Below are positions 1 through 5,347 of a stretch of 35,778 nt of DNA, piece by piece. Made by a program: the position numbers and the translations under genes. Location of the stretch: IMG/VR virus record IMGVR_UViG_3300037408_000251. The stretch is one strand, 5' to 3'. The notes below the pieces were generated by a model that ran no database searches, was not told the origin of the DNA, and was given only the letters and a program-made list of their open reading frames with translations. The stretch's first letter is position 1; every line of letters begins with the position of its first letter. The DNA comes from a virus.

Positions 1-127
1 ACTCGCCGGCCCCCGGCCATGATGCCGACGTGCCGCCGCCCGCGCTTGTCGATCCAGATTGACATCCGTGCTCCCTCATCCACGCTTTGCATTCCTGCAA
101 ATCATACCGCTTGGCCCGCACCCCGAT
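1..127. repeat. Terminal overlap copy 1, identical to 35652..35778
   Basis: Read directly: actcgccggcccccggccatgatgcc...cttggcccgcaccccgat occurs at both ends. It contains the integrase start (minus strand, ATG at 65..63) and part of the excisionase-like ORF. Confidence 0.97.
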
Positions 128-223
128 AGGAGTGTAGGGCATCCCGGCCAGCTCGAGCCGGCGCACGGTCGACTCGCTGATGGTTAGGGCAGCGCAAAGC
201 TGCTGGCGGGTTAGGTCTGGCAT
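1..223 (-). CDS. xis: Excisionase/AlpA-family HTH protein; runs off the window edge and continues through the circular junction to a TAG at 35602..35604, about 91 aa in total
   Basis: Own translation from ATG 223..221: MPDLTRQQLCAALTISESTVRRLELAGMPYTPIGVRAKRYDLQECKAWMREH..., a typical small MerR/excisionase-type HTH. It lies directly upstream of int on the same strand. It is absent from the ORF track because no stop occurs inside the left edge. Confidence 0.7.
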   Translation of the reverse strand, partial: MPDLTRQQLCAALTISESTVRRLELAGMPYTPIGVRAKRYDLQECKAWMREHGCQSGSTSAGGGTSASWPGAGE

Positions 224-450
224 GGCCCCGCCGGAAACGGCATCCAGTGGGTGACCGTCTCGGCGCTGATCGGCTCGCCGCTGACGTAGCGCCACTGGCC
301 GGCATCGTGGTATCCCGTCCACGGCTCGCCGTCGGAGGTCCACACCAGCACTGTCTCGTCGTCGTCTGGCAGGCCCACGTCGACGGGGATCCACTTCAAC
401 GATCCGGCCCGCTGGCGTTCGGCGTCGATCTTCTCTTGTGCCGTGCTCAT
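211..450 (-). CDS. DUF551-like phage protein
   Basis: 79 aa with WIPVDVGLPDDDETVLVW...THWMPFP, the DUF551 pattern (W-I-x-V, LP, VLV, THWMP-P). ATGA overlap with the upstream gene at 447..450. Confidence 0.7.
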   Translation of the reverse strand: MSTAQEKIDAERQRAGSLKWIPVDVGLPDDDETVLVWTSDGEPWTGYHDAGQWRYVSGEPISAETVTHWMPFPAGPCQT

Positions 451-770
451 CTCACCCCCTGCGCACGCTCATAAACGTACTTGATCGTGTGATAAAAAGC
501 CGACTCGACCCGCCCCTGGCCGGCGAAGTCGCTCGCCAGCTTCTCGGCAAAAAACCGCTTGACCTGTTCGTAGTCGAGCGGCTGGGTGCGCGGATCGGCG
601 GCGGCGCGCTCGACCAGCTCCTTGATGCGCAGATACATCGCCCGCAGGCGCTGCTGCTCGGCAGGCTGGTCGACGTAGAACTGCACGCAAAGGGCGATCT
701 GGTCGGCCGCGTCGGACAGCAGCATCATATCGGCAAGGTCGATGCGAGTAGGTGGGGTCATGTCGGTCAT
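447..770 (-). CDS. Hypothetical early protein
   Basis: ORF 447..845 trimmed to MTDMTPPTRIDL... (ATG 770..768). High third-position GC. The start is 1 nt after the stop of the preceding small ORF. An alternative start lies at 761. Confidence 0.6.
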   Translation of the reverse strand: MTDMTPPTRIDLADMMLLSDAADQIALCVQFYVDQPAEQQRLRAMYLRIKELVERAAADPRTQPLDYEQVKRFFAEKLASDFAGQGRVESAFYHTIKYVYERAQGVR

Positions 771-771
771 A

Positions 772-942
772 TCATTGATTCCAGTAGTTATTAAATGCAA
801 ACAGACCGCGCCCCCTGTTCCAGAAAAGCAATTGGAAAATTCCAATATTGACGGCTATGCAAAATCCGTTAAATTTTGGCGAAAGCACTTCAAAGCCAAT
901 TGCAAAATGCCTGATTACTTGCAAGGTTATTTTTGCGTTCAT
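772..942 (-). CDS. Small 56-aa protein encoded in an AT-rich island
   Basis: Own translation: MNAKITLQVIRHFAIGFEVLSPKFNGFCIAVNIGIFQLLFWNRGRGLFAFNNYWNQ. ATGA overlap with the stop of the upstream gene (939..942), and its stop lies 1 nt before the next start. Sampled 60-nt lines here are about 37-43% GC against a backbone above 60%. Confidence 0.5.
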   Translation of the reverse strand: MNAKITLQVIRHFAIGFEVLSPKFNGFCIAVNIGIFQLLFWNRGRGLFAFNNYWNQ

Positions 943-1409
943 ATCATTTCCGCTGAAGATTGGACGGTCACGTCGCGGCGCACCGCGCCCTGTCCGCCCT
1001 GCTGTTTGAATGGCGGGCGATCCTGCCAGACGTTGCGGCACGAACCGCCGTCCCAGACCACCCGTTCCTGCACGACCAGCCCGGTCGCTTTGGCCTTTTT
1101 CGGCTTGGCGTTGGCCGCCTGCCGCTCGATCATCGGCCGCGCCTGGTCGACGAACGCGGCGCGCTCGACGATGGCGAACAGCTTGTAAGCCAGCGAGGCG
1201 ACCTTTTTTCCCGAAGTCGACGAGCGGCTGTGGTGGATGGTCGGCTTGCGGCTGATCTCGCCCAGCTGCTCCATGCGCAGCAGCCGCGTCTTGAGGGTGT
1301 TCTTGTGCATGTTGAGCGCGCGCACCACCTCCATGCTGATGCAGCCCGGATGGGCGATCAGATAGTCGAGGATCACCTGGCGCTCGGCCTGGAATTTGTA
1401 GGGACTCAT
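939..1409 (-). CDS. Winged-helix/HTH-like DNA-binding protein (hypothetical)
   Basis: ORF 939..1493 trimmed to MSPYKFQAERQVILDYLIAHPGCISMEVVRALNMHKNTLKTRLLRMEQLGEI..., with GGAGG upstream of ATG 1409. The N-terminus looks like a wHTH. Confidence 0.6.
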   Translation of the reverse strand: MSPYKFQAERQVILDYLIAHPGCISMEVVRALNMHKNTLKTRLLRMEQLGEISRKPTIHHSRSSTSGKKVASLAYKLFAIVERAAFVDQARPMIERQAANAKPKKAKATGLVVQERVVWDGGSCRNVWQDRPPFKQQGGQGAVRRDVTVQSSAEMI

Positions 1410-1654
1410 GCTGCCTCCGACTTCATCTGCGTTTCCATTTCGATCCATGCGTCGTCGTAGGCCTGGTTGTACGCATCCTCGCTGTGCTGCCACGCGAGGT
1501 CGGACAACATCCGCCAGTCGTCGGCGATGCCGTGCTGGCCGCGCATCGTCGCGGTCAAGGCGTTCGCCATCAGCATGTTCGAGACGTTCATCCAGTCGGA
1601 CCCGGAGCGCGATTTAGTCCATTCGTGGACTGTTCCTTCGGGCAGGATGATCAT
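1406..1654 (-). CDS. Hypothetical early protein
   Basis: Trimmed to MIILPEGTVHEWTKSRSG... ATGA overlaps at both ends (1651..1654 and 1406..1409). Confidence 0.6.
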   Translation of the reverse strand: MIILPEGTVHEWTKSRSGSDWMNVSNMLMANALTATMRGQHGIADDWRMLSDLAWQHSEDAYNQAYDDAWIEMETQMKSEAA

Positions 1655-1848
1655 GGTTTGTACGCCGCGAGGCGCTCCAGATAGTCGAGCGCATCGGTCA
1701 GCTCGTAGTCGTCCTGAATGCGGGCCGCGCTCCTCGCCCACGTCTGGCGGATGTCGGTCTGCGTGGCCGGCACATAGCCGCGATAACACGGATGGCCGTG
1801 CGGGATCGGGCAGTGCGGGTGCGGCTTGGGAATCTCGTGGATGTTCAT
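1651..1848 (-). CDS. Hypothetical early protein, Cys/His-rich N-terminus
   Basis: Trimmed to MNIHEIPKPHPHCPIPHGHPCYRGY... It is chained by start/stop overlaps to its neighbours. Confidence 0.55.
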   Translation of the reverse strand: MNIHEIPKPHPHCPIPHGHPCYRGYVPATQTDIRQTWARSAARIQDDYELTDALDYLERLAAYKP

Positions 1849-1949
1849 CAGTACCCCTCCATGTCCTTGTTGATCGAAAGCGCAGACAGCAGGATGACCA
1901 GCAGCACGCCAGCCACCATGCCCATGCTGAACCAAAGCAGGGCGGTCAT
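1848..1949 (-). CDS. 33-aa single-pass membrane micro-protein
   Basis: Own translation: MTALLWFSMGMVAGVLLVILLSALSINKDMEGY. ATGA overlap with the upstream stop (1946..1949). Below the ORF-track size cutoff. Confidence 0.45.
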   Translation of the reverse strand: MTALLWFSMGMVAGVLLVILLSALSINKDMEGY

Positions 1950-2191
1950 GCTGCCTCCCGCTGGCCCGCCATGAGGCGGTCGAGTTCGGCCACCGCATCG
2001 TCACCGGCAAGATTTGCGCGGGCTATGGCAAGCAGGGCCGCGTCCTCGTAAAGCTGCCAATGGTCCGCGCTACATTCGGCCCAAATCAATGCCGCGCTGA
2101 TGTCGGATAACGTCGACCAGCAGCGCCACCAATCTCCAAACTTTTCCTCCCGCGCCCAAATCCGGCACAGATGCGATTCGCTCTGAGTCAT
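1946..2191 (-). CDS. Hypothetical early protein
   Basis: 81-aa ORF MTQSESHLCRIWAREEKF..., with GGAG upstream and ATGA overlaps at both ends. Confidence 0.6.
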   Translation of the reverse strand: MTQSESHLCRIWAREEKFGDWWRCWSTLSDISAALIWAECSADHWQLYEDAALLAIARANLAGDDAVAELDRLMAGQREAA

Positions 2192-2352
2192 GCTGCCTTC
2201 TCCATCAGTTGCACCACCAGCAGCACGGCGAGGATCGCCAAGCTGGCGCCGAACACGATGGCGTCGGCGCGGTCGGCCTTCTCGCGCAGCTCGTCGCGGA
2301 ATTCCTCGCGGGTCATCCGCTCAAGCTGGCGGCGTTGTTTGAGTGTGGTCAT
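2188..2352 (-). CDS. 54-aa tail-anchored membrane micro-protein
   Basis: Own translation: MTTLKQRRQLERMTREEFRDELREKADRADAIVFGASLAILAVLLVVQLMEKAA. GAGGGA SD 7 nt upstream. ATGA overlap with the next gene. Confidence 0.5.
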   Translation of the reverse strand: MTTLKQRRQLERMTREEFRDELREKADRADAIVFGASLAILAVLLVVQLMEKAA

Positions 2353-2362
2353 GTCTAGTCCC

Positions 2363-2563
2363 TCATTTTTGCCAATTGCGGCCGTACGTCGCGGCCATCT
2401 TCATCCGCATGAAATCGCGGAGTGATGCGTTCTCGGATGCCATGCCACGGTTGCGCCACACGGCCTCGAACAGCCGGCCTTTTTCAATATCGAATTCCCA
2501 CACGTCGCTGCCCCTGTCGACTGCGCGCCTGACTGCGTCCCTGATGGTTTTCTCGGTGTACAT
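2363..2563 (-). CDS. First gene of the leftward early operon (hypothetical)
   Basis: ORF 2363..2659 trimmed to MYTEKTIRDAVRRAVDRGSDVWEF... (GGAG 6 nt upstream of ATG 2563). Alternative in-frame starts lie at 2569 and 2575. Confidence 0.6.
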   Translation of the reverse strand: MYTEKTIRDAVRRAVDRGSDVWEFDIEKGRLFEAVWRNRGMASENASLRDFMRMKMAATYGRNWQK

Positions 2564-2655
2564 GGTCATCTCCATTCGTTTGTCTGGTAGCCGCCCCCAG
2601 ATCCCCATCTGTTCACCTGGGCGCATATAGACCAGGCTGGGACGGCATGAGACGA

Positions 2656-2684
2656 ACAATAGGCAAATGCGCCTAGCGTGTCAA
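2656..2684 (-). promoter_or_regulatory. PL-like sigma70 promoter for the leftward early operon
   Basis: The minus strand reads TTGACA (2684..2679), a 17-nt spacer, then TATTGT (2661..2656). Confidence 0.7.
2661..2674. promoter_or_regulatory. Operator OL1-like, AGGCAAATGCGCCT
   Basis: 14-bp site of form AGGC-N6-GCCT lying in the spacer of the PL-like promoter. Related sites occur at 2684, 3548 and 3571. Confidence 0.65.
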
Positions 2685-2697
2685 GGCATTTTCGCCT
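2684..2697. promoter_or_regulatory. Operator OL2-like, AGGCATTTTCGCCT
   Basis: Same AGGC-N6-GCCT form, 23 bp start-to-start from OL1, immediately upstream of the PL -35. Confidence 0.6.
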
Positions 2698-2769
2698 CAA
2701 TGTTAAAATATTTTTGCCCGCGCCAATTTCGGCTAAGGTAAAAACACTTCAACGACACGGAGTCAGATC

Positions 2770-2946
2770 ATGAAAATCGAAGGCGTAGACGAATTCGCGC
2801 GCGGCATCGGCAAGGCCGGCGAGGCGTTGGGAAGGTTCGGCAAGCAGGCAGACAAGGCCGGCAAGGGCATGATGCTCGCCGGGTTCAAGATGATGCTGGT
2901 CGGTGGGCTGTTAGCCGTGGTGCTGCTGCTGTGGTGGCTGGCATGA
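2770..2946 (+). CDS. 58-aa tail-anchored membrane protein
   Basis: Own translation: MKIEGVDEFARGIGKAGEALGRFGKQADKAGKGMMLAGFKMMLVGGLLAVVLLLWWLA. GGAG 8 nt upstream. High GC3. ATGA overlap with the next ORF. Not in the track because it is under 60 aa. Confidence 0.6.
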   Translation: MKIEGVDEFARGIGKAGEALGRFGKQADKAGKGMMLAGFKMMLVGGLLAVVLLLWWLA

Positions 2947-3146
2947 GCGCCGCGATCGGTGGCGGCCTGCTGATGGGCCTGGGTGGCATCCTGCTGATGC
3001 TCGGCATCATTTCGCTGCAGATCGCCAGCACCAGGGCAAACAGCTGGCTGGTGAGCGCGGGCGTGATGGGTGCATTTCTGGCGGCGGCGCTGCTGGCTGC
3101 GCTGTTGCTCTTCGTCGGGTTTACCGTCGCCGGGCTGAATCTGTAG
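2943..3146 (+). CDS. 67-aa two-pass membrane protein
   Basis: ORF 2931..3146 trimmed to MSAAIGGGLLMGLGGILLMLGIISLQIASTRANSWLVSAGVMGAFLAAALLAALLLFVGFTVAGLNL. Translationally coupled (ATGA) to the preceding gene. Confidence 0.6.
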   Translation: MSAAIGGGLLMGLGGILLMLGIISLQIASTRANSWLVSAGVMGAFLAAALLAALLLFVGFTVAGLNL

Positions 3147-3167
3147 CCAAAGGCGTCGCTGACCGAC

Positions 3168-3193
3168 GGGCGCCTGCGGGCGCCTTTTTATTT
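3168..3193 (+). terminator. Rho-independent terminator between the convergent membrane-protein operon and the repressor gene
   Basis: GGCGCC (3169..3174), loop TGCG, GGCGCC (3179..3184), then TTTTTATTT. The repressor stop codon (3188..3190) lies in the T-run. Confidence 0.65.
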
Positions 3194-3520
3194 GTACGGC
3201 TTCGGCGGCTGCCGGGCGACCAGATCGTGCGCCATGTCGGCGAGCTTGCGATACAGCTCGCGCTCGGTGGCGGTGACGATGAACACCGGCGGATTCTGCG
3301 GGTCGAGCTGCGGAAACAGCATCTGCCACGCCTGCAGGCCGAACGCGCCGGCCAGCTTGTCGAGGGTGTCTGCGCTCGGCGATTGTTCCTTGTGACGGAT
3401 CCGCCAGATGCTTTTCTGGTCGATTTTGGCAAGCCTCGCCAGGTGCGCGTCGCTGTTGATTTGCTGGGCCGCCATGAGGCTGGCGAGATTGGCCGCGATG
3501 ATGTCGGCGATGCTTTGCAT
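3188..3520 (-). CDS. CI-like XRE-family HTH repressor, 110 aa, no S24 peptidase domain
   Basis: ORF 3188..3742 trimmed to MQSIADIIAANLASLMAAQQINSDAHLARLAKIDQKSIWRIRHKEQSPSADTLDKLAGAFGLQAW... Divergent from the Cro-like gene across the operator region. Confidence 0.75.
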   Translation of the reverse strand: MQSIADIIAANLASLMAAQQINSDAHLARLAKIDQKSIWRIRHKEQSPSADTLDKLAGAFGLQAWQMLFPQLDPQNPPVFIVTATERELYRKLADMAHDLVARQPPKPYK

Positions 3521-3547
3521 GGCGTTTCCATCATCGTGCAAGTTTTC

Positions 3548-3561
3548 TGGTAAATGTGCCT
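3548..3561. promoter_or_regulatory. Operator OR2-like (degenerate), TGGTAAATGTGCCT
   Basis: 11 of 14 positions identical to OL1. It lies 23 bp from OR1 and just upstream of the PR -35, mirroring the OL2/PL geometry. Confidence 0.5.
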
Positions 3562-3590
3562 TGACGAGATAGGCGGATTCGCCTAGTCTT
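3561..3590 (+). promoter_or_regulatory. PR-like sigma70 promoter for the rightward early operon
   Basis: TTGACG (3561..3566), a 17-nt spacer, then TAGTCT (3585..3590). The Cro-like ATG at 3597 lies 7 nt past the -10, so the mRNA may be leaderless. Confidence 0.65.
3571..3584. promoter_or_regulatory. Operator OR1-like, AGGCGGATTCGCCT
   Basis: AGGC-N6-GCCT dyad filling the PR spacer. Confidence 0.65.
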
Positions 3591-3596
3591 CGATTC

Positions 3597-3806
3597 ATGG
3601 ACAAATTAACCATTATTCGAGATGAGCTGGAGCGCCGAAAAGGCGACCTGCGACGCGTTTCAGCAGAGACGGGTCTGTCGTATGACACGGTTTTGCGAAT
3701 CAAGAACGGCGAGTGCGATCCAGGCTTCAGCAAGATAGCCACCCTGGCGGATTACCTGCGCGTCCCGCTGTTTTGCACGCGCGACCAGGATCAAGACGCC
3801 GCATGA
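3597..3806 (+). CDS. Cro-like HTH regulator
   Basis: 69 aa: MDKLTIIRDELERRKGDLRRVSAETGLSYDTVLRIKNGE... HTH motif. First gene of the rightward operon, divergent from the repressor. Confidence 0.75.
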   Translation: MDKLTIIRDELERRKGDLRRVSAETGLSYDTVLRIKNGECDPGFSKIATLADYLRVPLFCTRDQDQDAA

Positions 3807-3877
3807 TCAACCACGCTCGCATATCGTGGCCCATGAAATATGCGCATGTGTTCCACATGGCAGTCTCCTCCCTCTTA

Positions 3878-3908
3878 CCCCGCGCCAACATGGGCGGGGT
3901 CTTTTTTT
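3878..3908 (+). terminator. Rho-independent terminator downstream of the Cro-like gene (tR1-like position)
   Basis: CCCCGC (3878..3883), a 10-nt loop, GCGGGG (3894..3899), then TCTTTTTTT. Confidence 0.6.
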
Positions 3909-4019
3909 GCCCGGCTTTGAACCATAGCCCGATGGCAACAGGAAGCAAGACGATTAAACACTCTCGCAAACAGCCTGCCGAAACCTTTAGCCGGCAGCCA
4001 GACGCAGAGTAGGGGCGCG

Positions 4020-4265
4020 ATGAGTGACTGCGCATGCCCGCATTGCCGGCCTTATGACCCCGACTACCGATACACCGAAGCGCACCGGATCGAGTGCGAA
4101 GCGCGAAAGGTTTTGACATGGACATTGGTGCAACGCCGAGAGTATCTGGACAACGTGGAGCGCATGCGCGGCCAGCAGGCGAGGGCCAATCTGGAACAGG
4201 CCATCAAGCTGGCCTGGGGTTCACGCCAGCAGACCACGCCAGAGAGCAGCGCATCGCCAACCTGA
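4020..4265 (+). CDS. Hypothetical Cys-rich early protein
   Basis: 81 aa: MSDCACPHCRPYDPDYRYTEAHRIECEARKVL...VERMRGQQARANLEQAIKLAW... High GC3 throughout. Confidence 0.6.
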   Translation: MSDCACPHCRPYDPDYRYTEAHRIECEARKVLTWTLVQRREYLDNVERMRGQQARANLEQAIKLAWGSRQQTTPESSASPT

Positions 4266-4273
4266 CCGAGCAA

Positions 4274-4432
4274 ATGCTGGCAGCACAGACCACCGAGATC
4301 AGACGCCATCGCATGGAGCTGCTGCTCGGCGAGATCAAGAGCCGCAGCCCGAACGCCGTCGCCGTGCTCGAGCAGCAGAAGGGCCTGGCATCAAGCCCCG
4401 TCCCCCAGCTTTGGGTAGACCCGCGCAAATGA
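4274..4432 (+). CDS. Hypothetical 52-aa protein, or the C-terminal part of a frame-shifted upstream gene
   Basis: The frame of ORF 4094..4432 has strong GC3 only from about 4215 onward. The first ATG is at 4274 (MLAAQTTEIRRHRMELLLGEIKSRSPNAVAVLEQQKG...). No good SD. Confidence 0.35.
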   Translation: MLAAQTTEIRRHRMELLLGEIKSRSPNAVAVLEQQKGLASSPVPQLWVDPRK

Positions 4433-4615
4433 GCGGACAGAGACTGTCACGCAACGCCGCAGCACAGGGCTGCAACACATCCAGATCGATGGGTCCTTCC
4501 TGCCTCTTTCCCCCGCGGGTAATCCGCGCCGCGATGTTTGGCTAGGGTGCGGTGGTTGGGCATAGGCAACGGCAGGACGGGCAGACGGTAGGGCAGGGCA
4601 GGAGGAAAGGTAGAC

Positions 4616-5347
4616 ATGATAACGATCAAGATCGAAGGGCTGGCGCAGGTCCAGCGCATGATCGGCGCGGCCGGCAAGCAGGCGAAGTTCGCCGCCGCGG
4701 TGGCGCTGACCAAGGCGGCCGGCAAGGTGCGCGACGAGCTGCAGGTCGAGATGGCGCGCGACCTGCCTGGCGCGTCGCCGTATTCGCTGAAAAGCCAGTT
4801 CATCTCACCGGCCAAGCCCGCCAACCTCGAGGCGATCGTCGGCATCAAGAACTTCAAGCCGGCCCGCGGCGTCGCTCCGGCCACGCTGCTGAAAGAACAT
4901 TTTGGCGGCGGTGTGCGCGGCTACAAGCCGATGGAAGTGGCGATGCGCGCGCTGGGCGGATTGCCTGATGGATACCGCGTGGTGCCCGCGGTCGGCATGA
5001 AGCTCGACCGCTACGGCAACCCGAACAAAGCGATGGTCGCCGAGGTGCTGGGTGGACTGCGCTCCGGTATGCGGGTGTTCAGCGGCAGGGGCAAGCGCGC
5101 TGCCGAGCTGGGTTACTTCGTGGCGCCGATCCAGCGCACCGCACGCTCGCGGCACCTGACGCCTGGCATTTACCGCCGCGTCGCCAGGGCCGGCAACAAG
5201 GCGATCATCCCGGTGTTTCTGTTCATCCGCGCGCCTGGATACCGCAAGCTGTTTGACCTGCCGGCCCTGGGCCGCCGCATCGTCGAGCGCGACTTCAACT
5301 CCATATTCAACGCCGCTTTCACCGCCGCGCTTAGAACAGCACGATGA
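4616..5347 (+). CDS. Hypothetical 243-aa protein; the N-terminus faintly resembles the HK97 gp10 family
   Basis: MITIKIEGLAQVQRMIGAAGKQAKFAAAVALTKAAGKVRDELQVEM... AGGAGGAAAGG SD upstream. ATGA overlap with the primase gene. The family assignment is from memory only. Confidence 0.7.
   Translation: MITIKIEGLAQVQRMIGAAGKQAKFAAAVALTKAAGKVRDELQVEMARDLPGASPYSLKSQFISPAKPANLEAIVGIKNFKPARGVAPATLLKEHFGGGVRGYKPMEVAMRALGGLPDGYRVVPAVGMKLDRYGNPNKAMVAEVLGGLRSGMRVFSGRGKRAAELGYFVAPIQRTARSRHLTPGIYRRVARAGNKAIIPVFLFIRAPGYRKLFDLPALGRRIVERDFNSIFNAAFTAALRTAR

Noticed and set aside
3727-4125. Minus-strand ORF including an internal 43-aa ORF with a strong GGAGGAG SD (ATG at about 3857)
   Set aside because: It overlaps the 3-prime end of the Cro-like gene and the terminator in antisense. 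It has poor GC3 bias, and no promoter is evident. It is noted only as a possible small antisense peptide.
4447-4616. G-rich untranslated stretch with several GGG tracts (possible G-quadruplex) upstream of the 243-aa gene
   Set aside because: The loops between G-tracts are long and irregular. The most likely role is simply a leader containing the AGGAGGAAAGG ribosome-binding site. There is no evidence for structure from sequence alone.
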